NCBI GenBank assembly: GCA_000708835.1
Contig: DF237024.1
Location: forward strand, 173,267-237,266
DNA length: 64,000 nucleotides
From: Klebsormidium nitens
Taxonomy: Eukaryota > Plantae > Klebsormidiophyceae
Direction of reading: 5' to 3'
The position numbers and the translations under genes were made by a program. Shown piece by piece: positions 1 to 12,100 of the stretch. The stretch's first letter is position 1; each line of letters begins with the position of its first letter. Under the pieces are notes generated by a model. It had not been told where the DNA came from. It saw only the letters and a list, made by a program, of their open reading frames with translations, and ran no database searches.

Positions 1-857
1 CAGACAGAGCCTTCCAGTACCGAGCCCGGCGCCCCAGATCGTGTCTGGATCCAAACAGTCAAGACCACGACGTGCATGGTGCCCGCCCCCGGCCACGGCC
101 GACTAAATTTGGCGACTCAAATTTAGTCGGCAAATTGCTTGGCGATCGGTACGGCAAAGGCTGGACGGTTGCCCAGCCGGATGCGCAGCGTCTAAGCATA
201 GATCCTCATGGTACGTGGCCGTGGCCGCCCGATCTAATCTCTGCACATATATGCATATTATATGCAGCATGTTCAACGACATGCGTGTGCCCAACGAATT
301 TGTACCGTCACGTGCCATATGCCATGAGTCATGTATGCTTCCGTATCAATGGGCACATAAACCGGTCAGCATGTACGTGCACAAGCTGCGAAACCCCATG
401 GACATTGGGTCGCATGCCAGTTGCATGGTGCTTGGACACTTGACTCAGGATGGCCGGACGCAGGCGCAAACATTTCTTTGATCACATATCCGAGAGCACA
501 CGATCGTCTTGTGCCGCGACACGTCACGATTCGAGCTACCCAACATGGATCATTGGAAGTAACTCGCCAAAACATTATGACCATGACCCGTTGTTATCAT
601 CCGCATCTGCATCTGGCTAGGGGCGTGCTGACAATCTCGAACATCAGACGTCTTCAATTGTGCGAGCACAATAAATCAGTCGCCGTTGTAAACAGTCAGA
701 ATGTTACTAGCAGCCATCCGAGCTCTTGGACTCGATATTGGCAGTTCTAGTTAAGGCCACCTGCATGCTCTCTCGTACTGCTAGCACTTGAGCAAGAGAG
801 GAGATTCATTGCAGCTGTTTGAAGACTTTCTGAGCAGCCTGGACATAGACGCAGCGT

Positions 858-2806
858 CTATTTGAGGTGAGAGAACGTTTTGTTGGCCGCCTGCAGATGA
901 TATGGAGAACGTAAGCAACCAGGCAAGCGTTCGGTCCACTTACTTGCAGCGGAACTTCAGAAGTGTGAATGCCGAAGGTTTTCGTCCAGAGTGCTGCTCA
1001 GATGAGCCTGGCCAAGTGTTTGCCTTCGATTGAGGGTACGATTTCCACCCCAGCTTTGGGGGCTCAATCGGTCTAGAGGGAAGGGCAAAGGGAGGGCACT
1101 TGCGGAAGGGGGAGAGGCGACTCACGCATTTGTCTATGCAAGACCAGAAGTCAAAGTACTGCCCTGTGCAGTGCTTCTCCCCAGTGGTGTCTTTCTCTAC
1201 TCGCTCTTTACATTCCTGCAGAAAAAGCAGCGACTTTAAGCAATCTTCCCAGTTTTTTCATTGACCGGCCAGACATAGCTGCCAAGTACCGAACCGCACA
1301 TACGCTACTGTCAAGATGATTCTAACGTGCTCGTGGGTTGTGCCATCACCAGTATGGATGCGTTGTCCAAGAAACAAACAAGTGGACAGAAGCAAAGTAG
1401 TACAATAGATAAGTCGAAAGAAAAGGTCTTGAAAGCAACAAAAGGGGGTTCACATGGTCAGAGACGTCTGCATGGCTGCACTCACGTTGTACTTGAAGAG
1501 TGGCTTCGCGCACTTTGGTTTACAATCCTCTTCGATCTCGGGCTTCAGATCCACTGGATCCTCATCGTCGGCCCTACAGAAAGGAGGTTGTTAAGGGTCA
1601 CCTGAATTGATCAGCTTAGTTGGTGGACTCTGCCTCCGTTTGGTGGTCAGCGTTGTGGTTTCAGATGTTTCTTCTAGATGGGCCAAAGTGACAAACCAGG
1701 AATCTTACCGCAGCGAAGGAGACAACCCAAAAGCTGCTGACTCAGGCCTTCCAAACTAGATCAAGGTGGACACTTCATGCAGAATGGGGGAGCAATCAAT
1801 CTGAATGAGCAATTGACTAGAAGCTGTCCCCTTCAGTCTATGTGTGCAGGCAAGAGAAAAACACACTTGGGGGAATAGTCAGCACCACCTCTGAAAAATT
1901 GGCCAAGAGTCGTTCGATGGTGTTGAACATTGCAGAGATGCTTCTGAGACACTACACGGGGACAGATGAGCGCGTGGTGCTCGTCAAACAGCTGACTCAA
2001 GCACAAAGAAACCGCAAGCAGCATTCCTCTGTTCCGAGAGCGCACCATAAGCGCTCCACATTGGGTAAAAACAAACGGTGGGTATCACATATGTTTTTTT
2101 CCAGTCTGCTGGCTGGTGAGGACGACCGTAAGATGCTACAGTTCAAACAAACTTCAAAGCCCCAACATTGAGAAACATGTCGTCTTAGGGTTTCAGTATC
2201 TCTTGTTTGAACTCTGACACCTTCCTGATGAAATTGCTGAACCGACCGCATTGAGAATTTTACGGGCGACGGAAAATGTAAACCACTATTTGCCGTTTCA
2301 ATCCCATCTGAAAAGCTCACGACTGATATGACACAAGGCCGGCCAACGTGAGCGCCTAAAAGTGGTAGACCATCAGAGCTGGCCCATCAGATTGCGACAC
2401 GTTTTTCCCATGCTTGTGAAAGTCGCGCCAGTTGCGAATCGGCTTAACATAGACGCTTGACTCTCCGATCGTGCCCAGTTTACTTTTTGACGCTGATCTT
2501 TTGCAATAGCTTTGGCAAACAATGATGATCTATTGTGATCAAAGAAGATCAAGAGTTCTTATTGAAGTAAGCATTGAAAGGGGCTGGCTGAAGATGCATG
2601 CTCCAGACAAGTTCTGCCGCAGTGATGCGACTATCACGAAGACACGTTTGGAGGAGAAAATTACAAGTAGATGAATCAGACAAAGCGCAAAGAGTATATT
2701 GCATTGCCCCCGCAGCCATGAGAATGGTCGTCTGCACAGCAATCCAGGCAGACCAGAAAGGAAGATAAGGTACTGCTCACATCTGAAAGCCAAGAACAGC
2801 TTACAT
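858..2806 (-). CDS. QCR6: Cytochrome bc1 complex hinge subunit (QCR6), 70 aa, 4 exons
   Basis: Not in the ORF track. Exons 2806-2805 (AT, donor GTAAGC), 1573-1486, 1215-1126 and 890-858 join to 213 nt: MADDEDPVDLKPEIEEDCKPKCAKPLFKYNECKERVEKDTTGEKHCTGQYFDFWSCIDKCAANKTFSHLK*. Has the twin-Cys pattern and HCTGQYFDFW motif of plant QCR6. The first exon is the least certain. Confidence 0.92.
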
Positions 2807-3343
2807 TTTCTGAGTGAAGCGGCACGGCTAGTCGCAGCAATGCAGAGATCGTCCTTGCTGAGCAGAGTGGTGCGCCCTCGCCCTTCGTCCTGGACGATTT
2901 GCTGAGCAGCGAGCTGGCAATCAAAGTTCCTGCTCCTGCTCTGCGCAATCAAGGAGGCACTATGTAGTTAGTTGCAAACCTCTGGCAAACCAGATTGAGC
3001 GTGACAGTATTGTATCACCAACTTCGTGACAGACCTTTGGCTTCTGCTTCCCTCGACTGCGCTGTAACGCTAGCGGGTTACTGAATGAGACCTTGGCCTT
3101 GCTCTATCGATCGTCTAACTAGCTACCTAAAAGGAAATCTTGATTTCTGAGGTGTTGAAAACCAAGCAGAACGCAAGGAGCTATGCGAGGCACTATATGG
3201 ATTGTCTTTTTTGACAGCGCCGTCAGGAGTTGCATTTCAGATAGGGGGTATCGGACAGCAAGCGCACGCAGAGTTGCTTATGCTTGAGCGCCGGTTCGGG
3301 TGGACAGAGGAGCGCACATTGTGATTTGAGATCTGTGGTGGTC

Positions 3344-5830
3344 ATGGGAGCCGCAGATCTGAAGAAGAAGGGGAAGGTGAGCAGGGTTGATTTGTTGACC
3401 AGGCAGGTTTTCCAAAATGTCCTTAGCAACATTGGACTGGCAATATTGATCGGAGAAGTCATTCTCCTCAAGAAAAAAGGTTCAGCCACTTTTGATCGGG
3501 TTCTGCGACGAATTGCATCCATCGTTCATACTTTCCTGTCAGCTCTTCCACTGTCCATCCCTTTTCCTCCTCTTTTCTGATGAGCTACTGAGTGGTGAGA
3601 AAGGGCTTGCTTGTCGGCAAAATGGAAGCCAAGTCACTGTCTTCTAATATGCTAAGCACTAACCAGCAGACAGTTTCATTCGAGTGGTGCATATACTGTT
3701 CTGCTGAGTATCATATTGCGGACCTTGTGTTGTGCGTTGCACCTGAGGGCGAGTGAAGATCCAATCCCAGCAAATGAGTGGTGATGGCTGGGCGAGCCTG
3801 AGGTCAAACCTTCAAGGTCTCCAGAGTTCATGCTGTGTCAAAGCATTCGAAGCCGTGTTGATCCGTCAGAAATGCCTATCGGATGGAAGTCATGATGTCG
3901 GGTCCGCTGCTGCAGGGGAAACCCGAGGTCAACCCCCTCGACGTCTTCGCCACCAAGGTGCGCACGCACAAGGCCCTCGAGTCGCGATGGGCCGTACTCC
4001 AGGGGAAGGAAGCGCGGGTTGAGTACTTCCGGGGCAAAGACTTTGCCGAGTTTCTGAAGAGCCAGAGCGAGCTTCTGACCTTTGCTCTTGAGAATGCTGG
4101 GGTGAGGTGGATGCCTGCCCCGGGGGGCATGAGCGACGTCGAGAAGATTGGCCAGGCGTTGATCAGGGCCAAGCTGTTGATACGGTGCGACCGGCTGAAC
4201 AAGACAATCCGCCCCGGGAAGAAGAAGCTGTCCAAGTTTCCGGCGAGGCTCGTGGAGTACCAGGTGAGGGTCGTCATAAGCTCGTAGTGTCTACTCGGTG
4301 CATGCAGAGAAACAGTTCCCTTTTGATTGTTAAAGGGAGTGACAACTCTAATTCACTGAAGCCAGCCAAACGCTTTTTGGGGTGGGGGGCATGGGTTTAT
4401 TGGTTAGTTGTTCTTGTCTTGTTGAAGGCCTGCATTCGAGCTCTCGTCGAATCTGCTTTTACGGTTTGGTATGCCAGGAACCTCACGCTGATTCTCAAGC
4501 TCGCTTCTCACCACTTCCTAGGTATCTTTTCTCGTGCTCAACTCCATCAAGATTCTGTCCAGATGCTGCTTCCGTAATATCCACCTCCCTCACTATGGTC
4601 TCAAGTTTCTCATCACTTTCTCCCATTCCTCTGCAGCCTGCCGTCTTCTCGGAGGAGGACGGCTTCTACGCCTGGACCTTTGAGCGCAAGATGTCTGCGT
4701 TGCAGTGGGCGCTCTCAGCGATCGTCCCCATCTTCACCCTCAGCGCGTGCCTCTTCCCCGTCTTCCCGCGCATCGTCAAAGTCGGCGTGCTCTACTTCTG
4801 CATCTTCTTGCTCAGCTTCATCTTCGGGCTGCTTCTAGGTACGGCTTTCCTCCCCTCTCCCACATTTTCGTGCTTTCCGTCTCTTCACTTTCTCATTGCT
4901 TTTTTGGCCTGCCGTTCTGCATATGGTATCCGTTCTTGTTCTTATCACAGTGCGATTTCCGTGATGTGTTTGGTCATGGTCTTTCTGTGAAGCTTCACTC
5001 TGGCCTCTCTCCCCATGCTTTCTTGTTCTGGTTTTCCCTTCCCCTCCGTTCTGTTCAGCTTCTCATGTTGGTTGCAGCTGCTTAGTTAGCCTCTACTTGT
5101 ATGCGGCCGTGTCTTTGTGGTGTAACAGTTTAAAAACCTTGGCGGGCCAGAGAGTTAAGCTTGTAACGGACGCTTTCGTCGAAGAGTCTCTTCTGACAAA
5201 CATTTTGGTTTTAACACATAGATATTGACACGAACGGGGGAGGCATGGTTGGCAGTGAAAGTTTACCGCCAGGCTTACACCAGGCTCACTCAGCGCCCCA
5301 TCGCAAAACCCCCTGCAGTACGCGCGGTCATCTTCTCCCTCTCCTGGATGCTCCTGGGCAAGCGGTACTGGTTCCTGCCCAACATCTTCTCCGACGACGT
5401 CGCCACCATCAAGGAGCTCTTCCGCGTCCTCCCGACCAAGGACGACGAGGACCCGCCCAAATGGACGTCGCGCATCCTGGCGGCATTCTTGGCGGCGGGC
5501 TTCGTGTGGATTCTGGCGCGGCACGGGCCCGGGGAGGACCAGCGGAAACGGATGAGCGGAAAGGTGACGAACACCCTGCACGAGTGGTTGGAGTGGAACC
5601 CGGCGCAGATCAGTGGCAACGTCACGGCAGCGGCGAATGTGACGAGTCCGAACGTGACAGAAGATGCGAACTTGACGGAAGGAATAGTGGATGAGAAGGT
5701 GGGGCCGGGGAACGATTCAGGTGGTGAGGAAGGTCTGACGAGTAAGGAGGAGGTAATTGAGGACATCAAGGGAGGGCCAAGGCAAGACGAGAAGGACCCT
5801 GAGATAGATCAACAAAGACACGAGCTTTAG
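3344..5830 (+). CDS. SEC62: ER translocon component Sec62 (plant type, 3 hydrophobic segments), 364 aa
   Basis: Exons 3344-3376, 3916-4263, 4637-4838 and 5319-5830 (1095 nt, phases consistent). Plant Sec62 motifs ESRWAVLQ, VEYFRGKDF, RCDRLNKTIRPGKKKLSKFP, FYAWTFER and WFLPNIF are present. Exon 1 is inferred from ATG plus GTGAGC donor. Confidence 0.92.
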
Positions 5831-6653
5831 GCTCTCCGCGTCTTGTATCACAAAGATCTGGCTAAAAAGAGTGCCAGCCTTCAATAAGCCCGCCCTGAAC
5901 AGTCCTGTTGACGAAATGAGTTTCATTTTTGAGCTTTAGATGTACGGTCAACGCGTTGGGCTGTCGCTTGACCTCCTCACCTGTTGCTTCAACAATGTTA
6001 TAATGCGTGGGCGCCTCGTGTTGGGCGCCCGTTGCACCACTGAGGCCTGCATTCCGACGTCGTCTGATCATTGAAGTAAGGATTTGAGGACACATGACAA
6101 TAATCATATATAGCATCTGCTAAGTCGATTTTTGAATGACTAGCTAAAGGACAGATATGCAACATGTTGCAATTTGACTATACACAATTTGGGCCGCATT
6201 CACGCGAGGAAACCATTATGTTTTTAGGCGGCGCGGCCCAGTTCAGGTATGCTCAAACGGGACTTATCATGGCCTTTGATAAAGGAATTCTTGTCCAAAT
6301 GTATATGACACTTGTAACCAGAAACTAGCCTCTATTATATCTCCGACCGGATATGACAATCATCATGAAATAGTAGTGGTGTGTATGGTGAATAACAAAG
6401 GAGTTTCGATTGCTTAGATATGGAGTGTTCTATATATAATCATAGGTCAGTTAGAGGCCCGAGGAGCATAGATATACCGGCCAGTGCCAATAAAAGATTT
6501 TCGACCCGCACCTCAAACAAGGGTCGGATTGATCATTGTACATTGTGGCTAGATTGCTGACCGGACGTACTTGACAAACGGGTAGGCGAATTTGATTTTG
6601 GCCGTTCTGATAGCGCATTGGCTTCGGTGCATGTTTAATGCACATTCAACTTG

Positions 6654-7839
6654 GGCATCGTGTCAGAACACATGTGCAAGGGCGTCCGGAACTCCGAAAA
6701 TCGGCCCTCGAGGGGGGGGGCCTGGTGGCTGGTGGGGGCAATGTAACGATTACGACTGGTTAAGCCTAACCTCGTTCTCGACAGGATTTCGTCAACCTGC
6801 GGGTTAGCGAAACGGCGGTGGTTACGTCTTAACGACGCACTGCGTGGCTGTCTGCAAGACGCCGTAATATCCCGGATGGATCGGCTTCAGTGAGCCGATG
6901 TCACCGTTCAGGATAAGTTGTGTTCGGCTTCGCCGTTCGATGCAGCCAAGCTTATCTGTGNNNNNNNNNNNNNNNNNNNNNNNNNNNNNNNNNNNNNNNN
7001 NNNNNNNNNNNNNNNNNNNNNNNNNNNNNNNNNNNNNNNNNNNNNNNNNNNNNNNNNNNNNNNNNNNNNNNNNNNNNNNNNNNNNNNNNNNNNNNNNNNN
7101 NNNNNNNNNNNNNNNNNNNNNNNNNNNNNNNNNNNNNNNNNNNNNNNNNNNNNNNNNNNNNNNNNNNNNNNNNNNNNNNNNNNNNNNNNNNNNNNNNNNN
7201 NNNNNNNNNNNNNNNNNNNNNNNNNNNNNNNNNNNNNNNNNNNNNNNNNNNNNNNNNNNNNNNNNNNNNNNNNNNNNNNNNNNNNNNNNNNNNNNNNNNN
7301 NNNNNNNNNNNNNNNNNNNNNNNNNNNNNNNNNNNNNNNNNNNNNNNNNNNNNNNNNNNNNNNNNNNNNNNNNNNNNNNNNNNNNNNNNNNNNNNNNNNN
7401 NNNNNNNNNNNNNNNNNNNNNNNNNNNNNNNNNNNNNNNNNNNNNNNNNNNNNNNNNNNNNNNNNNNNNNNNNNNNNNNNNNNNNNNNNNNNNNNNNNNN
7501 NNNNNNNNNNNNNNNNNNNNNNNNNNNNNNNNNNNNNNNNNNNNNNNNNNNNNNNNNNNNNNNNNNNNNNNNNNNNNNNNNNNNNNNNNNNNNNNNNNNN
7601 NNNNNNNNNNNNNNNNNNNNNNNNNNNNNNNNNNNNNNNNNNNNNNNNNNNNNNNNNNNNNNNNNNNNNNNNNNNNNNNNNNNNNNNNNNNNNNNNNNNN
7701 NNNNNNNNNNAGGCAATATGTAGGGGCGAAATTACCCCACCTAGGTAAAATCATGATTTGAAGGGGGAGGAGGGGGCTGGTGGCCGGTTTTATTTTCGGA
7801 GTTCCGGACGCCCCTGCACACATGGTTTGACACGATGCC
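6654..7839. mobile_element. Inverted-repeat (foldback/non-autonomous DNA transposon-like) element spanning an assembly gap
   Basis: 6654-6701 and the reverse complement of 7792-7839 align colinearly over 48 bp. The inner core TGCA(A/G)GGGCGTCCGGAACTCCGAAAAT has 1 mismatch, and CACATG is directly repeated just outside it (6669-6674, 7819-7824). 750 N lie inside. Confidence 0.6.
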
Positions 7840-8505
7840 TTGGGGTCCCGATAAATCCGTTGGACGGTCAGTCAGCTTGGCTGGTGAAATTGGCAACGTC
7901 ATGCTGACGGGTTTTTGAAACATGGCTGCCAAGCTCACGTGCTTCCTTGTTGGACCTAGTTTCATAGTTTACTGTTCGCGGCGGCGCTCCTCATCAAGGT
8001 GCATGTCCAAGATTCACATTAGCCTAACCTTGTAAGAAGCAGTAAAGTAGTAAGTTACTTTGCAAGCTTGAAGCTGTGGACACTTTCAAATGTTCAAAGA
8101 TGCTCATCACGGGTCATTTCCCGGTCATTTACCCACTTTGTGAAGGCTGTAAAGTGTATCGAATGGTTTTCGGAGCGCAGAAAGCTTGTTATTCTCCCGC
8201 TATTCTGCCCTCGCTATAAGCCTTCTGCAGCCTGGCTTGGTTCTCATTAGAAAGCATGTTGAATTCATTGAATGTCTAGGTTGTATCCGCTGGAAACGGG
8301 AGAAAGAAGGAAGCTCCATGCGGAGAACCTTAGTAGGCTTTGAGCTGCCAGACCTCACCCGAGACGTCTGCAGGATAGAGGTGCCATGGCTCCTGCAGCC
8401 ATTGCTACCTGCTAAGGTCGCGACCACGGCTTTGTCCCAGTTAGTATTCGTGTCTATGATGATCTGCAAAACTATAGGGAAGGATGATCAAAAAGAGGTT
8501 TCTGG

Positions 8506-8587
8506 CGTCGACAGCAGGGTTCGAACCTGCGCGGGCGTAGCCCAATAGATTTCAAGTCTATCCCCTTAACCACTCGGGCATATCGAC
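8506..8587 (-). tRNA. tRNA-Ser (anticodon UGA), 82 nt, intronless
   Basis: Reverse complement GTCGATATGCCCGAGTGGTTAAGGGGATAGACTTGAAATCTATTGGGCTACGCCCGCGCAGGTTCGAACCCTGCTGTCGACG shows an acceptor stem, A box, CTTGAAA loop, long variable arm and GGTTCGAACC B box. A T5 Pol III terminator lies at 8490-8494. Confidence 0.96.
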
Positions 8588-9162
8588 TCGGGAGCACCAT
8601 CAAAGAGCCTAATAAATCTAAGACACAAACTAAGAGCTTCTCAGTTTTCAAACATGTCGGGGGGGCTGGCGCCCCCCGAACCCCCCCGCTTTAAAATATT
8701 TACGTACCGGTACGTAGCTACCGGTACTATTAGCAGCTAGTAACGTGCACGGTACATGACAATACGGAGTACGGTATACAGGCCCAGCTACTTCCTGCAA
8801 CTGATCTCTCGGGAGCGGGGCTGGCACAACCTGAAAATCCTCTGTAATTAATTAAGTTCGTCACCGCAACGGACCACGTCATCAAGAAAATGCTGCATTC
8901 TGATTGGCCCCGCTTCGCGCCACTCTGTTTGTCCATGTACCACTCTCACAGTCTCAAGCAAAGCAGCCATTGGGCCCCTTCTAGTCCTACAATCTCAGAA
9001 GGCCGACTTAAAACCTCATTTTAGTTTCAATCTGCTACCGCCACTACTGATAGTAAGGCATAGGCATAACAAGGCAAGCGCTGACCCCACGTGCTTAGTG
9101 TGCAGCTGACTGGTTACAACAAAAGGAAAGTTATTTCTCTGAGTTTGCAATAGTTGGCCACG

Positions 9163-12100
9163 ATGAGGCGCTCTGCAAGGCACGTGAAGAAGCTGGTGGT
9201 GGAGCGAGATGAAGCGGAGGACGAGGCTTCCAGCGAAGAGGAGATTGAAGAGGAAGAAGTGGAGGAGGAGGATGAAGTCGCAGAAGAAGTAGAAGAGGAG
9301 GTAAGCGCGCCCATTAGAAGGGCCTGGAGCAATGAATGAACGGGTGGCGATTATTGGCTTCTGAGTGTGCAGCGTAGTCTCTTTCACGGGATGACTAATT
9401 ATTGAAACTATGCGCATCAGGAGTGAGTCACCTTCTCCCTATTATGGGTTTAATTGAATTTGAACGGTTTTATGATGGTTGGATTGGAATAGTTGCCGAA
9501 ACAGGACGTGGGCCCTCAAAGTCCTGTGATGGACTTCATCGCTTTGTGGCAGAAGGGCAATGCTGCCAATTGTTTTCTTTGGGTTCGCTTCTTCTTGTCA
9601 TGGTGGCATTATTCCATGCTGCCCTCTTCGTCTCGTGGGCGAATTCCAGGTGTCGAAGCACATAGCTACCTACCCCTTGCTAGCTGGCAGGTTTTTTGTT
9701 GAGGGGGTACTAAGTTACCATGCGCTTTTGGATTTGCTTGTTTGCCAAATCAAGCGCTGTTTAGGCCGTGCTCGTTTCGCTGGTCTAGCCTCCAAAGACT
9801 TCTATGTGGAACGAGGCGGAATTACTGTATAGTCACAGGTGGGAAAAGCTTAACTGGGCAGCCTATATGGGCTGATTCAGTACCCCGCATCGAGCGCCCT
9901 TACCCATGGCTACAGGTTTGGAGATGTGGGCACCGTGGTCCTTTTCATGCTGATTTTCTGGGATTGTTCCTAGACCATATAAAGCTCAAAATGCATCGGA
10001 CACTATCTGGCTTTCCTATTACATCTGGGGGTGGAAAGTAAAGACTATCCGTAGTCCAGAAGCAGAACTTGGTTTTACCTACCTGATAGTGCAGTCTGAA
10101 ACCAGTTTGGCGAAGGGTTTCTGGAAGTCAAGCTCCTACACTGCTACAGAGTCATAAGAGCAGGGACCTCACCTTGGGTTTCAATGGGTTCAGAATCTGT
10201 GCCCGACAATGTTGCCATTGACCTGAGCCCATATAAGAGGTGAGAATTCTCCTTTCCTTGGACCAACATGATCTACGCCCTGAACCTAACAATGTCTTTG
10301 TCGTTGCCAGGAGGATGAGGAGGAGGGGGGTGAAGAAGAAGCAGAGGAAGAGCCCCCTGAAGAAGAAGAGCCCGTAAAGAAAAAGAAGAAGCCCATCTCA
10401 ATCAGTCTCAAAGGCGGCAACATTTGCAAGGTACGGAATCTTTAGATGGACTTCTCGGGGCTTTGACTTCAGTGAAGGCTCATCATTATTGCTTTTGCAA
10501 TTGTGTAAGTCGAGTGTCCTCCTCGTTCCTTGATTCTCTAAGTTGCTGTAATAGATTTGGCCATCAGAAGCCTCTGTTGAGAAGCTGCAAGTGGCTGCGC
10601 GCGGTAAAAGACACTGCTTCCCGGAGAACCGCTTTTCCTCCAACCCTGCTACTTTTAAACCTGCGCTACGATCAGAGCCATACGATCAGGGCCCTTGCAG
10701 AGCTGCCCGATTGTTGCACTTTGCGACGATCTCCATACTGACTCCCAAACCTTTGTCGTCCGTTTTCTAAGCCATTTCCACTTGAACACGGCTTCATGCT
10801 GCTATGGGAGTCAGAACGCTCACTGCCAGCTCAAACCCTTTGCGCAGGTTTGTAAGAAGACGGGCCACCAGGCGGGTTTCGTTGGGTCCATCTACATGGA
10901 CTGTCCAAACAAGCCGTGCTACCTATGCAAACTCCCTGGTAAGCATGAGGACTGGCGGCTTGTAAGTTGCTCGTGGATTTCTCAGACGGGGTTGGCAAGT
11001 TGCAGTAAACCGTTGACAGATTGTGTGGGTTGCTTACCCGCCTTCGTGAAGCCGTTCATACTTGTGACATCATTCTGGCAGGCCACACGACGATGACGTG
11101 TCCCTACCGGACGGCGCCCGAGCACGGGTCGACGCCCGCCGTCCGACGGCAGTCCGGCGGAATGATTGACGTCGTTCGAAACATGCAGATAAACGGACAG
11201 CGGCAAGAGGTGAGCTCCTGCGTTTCTTTGTTGATTCCTTAAAACTTTGCCGTTCTTCGCTTTAGTCGCTGGTTTCTGACTTTCCTTCCGCTTGGGGGTG
11301 GTCGTTCTGGATGGTCGACGTTTCTGAGAAAACAGAGCGGCACGTGGCGTTAAATGGGGGGCTTCTTGAGTTTTCTGCTTAATTCGCTTCGAAAGCCTTA
11401 CTTCAGTTCCCACGTTTTGTTTTGAACACCTGTTAAGACGAGGAACGCAGCGTCCTTCCAGAGAAAACAGAACCGTGATCATTCTCTTCATTCTCTTCGT
11501 CGCGTGTCCAGTTCAAGAAGCTCGCCAATCTGAAGCTGCGCGATGATATCTTATGTTGGATATTATCGCTCCCTTTCTCAAACTATTTCACTTGCCTTCT
11601 TTCGGGGTTATGAGGTGATTATTCTTGACGCAGTGGTAACCCTCGGTTTTCCAGGTTAAGAAGCTACCCCCAATCCCAAACCGTGTTGATGCCGCCGTCC
11701 TGAAGCTGCACAGCCGGCGGGTGACGTCACTCGAGTTCCACCCTACGAAGGACAACATTATTGTTTCGGGCGATAAGAAGGGCCAGATCGGCATCTGGGA
11801 CTTTGAGAAAGTGTACGATAAGACGGTCTACGATACGACTCACCGAGCGCTTGTAAATAGCATCAAGTGAGCGCTCTTTGACATCGTTGTCACAAGCACG
11901 AGCCCTTGTCTCATCCTTTGCCTCTGCCTGTGTTGTGGAGCCTGTTTCCGCGTTTCAGATGGTCATTCCCGGTCATTTCCAGCTTTGGGAGCCGTTTATG
12001 AAACTGCTGGCACGAAGTTGCAGGACGCTTATCGAGGCTACGAAACCTCTTATCTCGTTTCAAACGTTCTCTCTCAAGTTTGAAGCTCTTCCTGTTTTGG

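Noticed and set aside
1833-2952. ORFs of 60-137 aa between QCR6 exon 2 and SEC62
   Set aside because: They fall in or overlap the predicted first intron and 5' UTR of QCR6 and show no protein family signal.
6150-6560. Weak similarity to 32160-32440 (gcgccgccta, tagatat..gtgccaata)
   Set aside because: The matches are too short to establish a repeat family by eye.
6822-7823. Long ORFs spanning poly-N
   Set aside because: They are artefacts of the gap (X runs).
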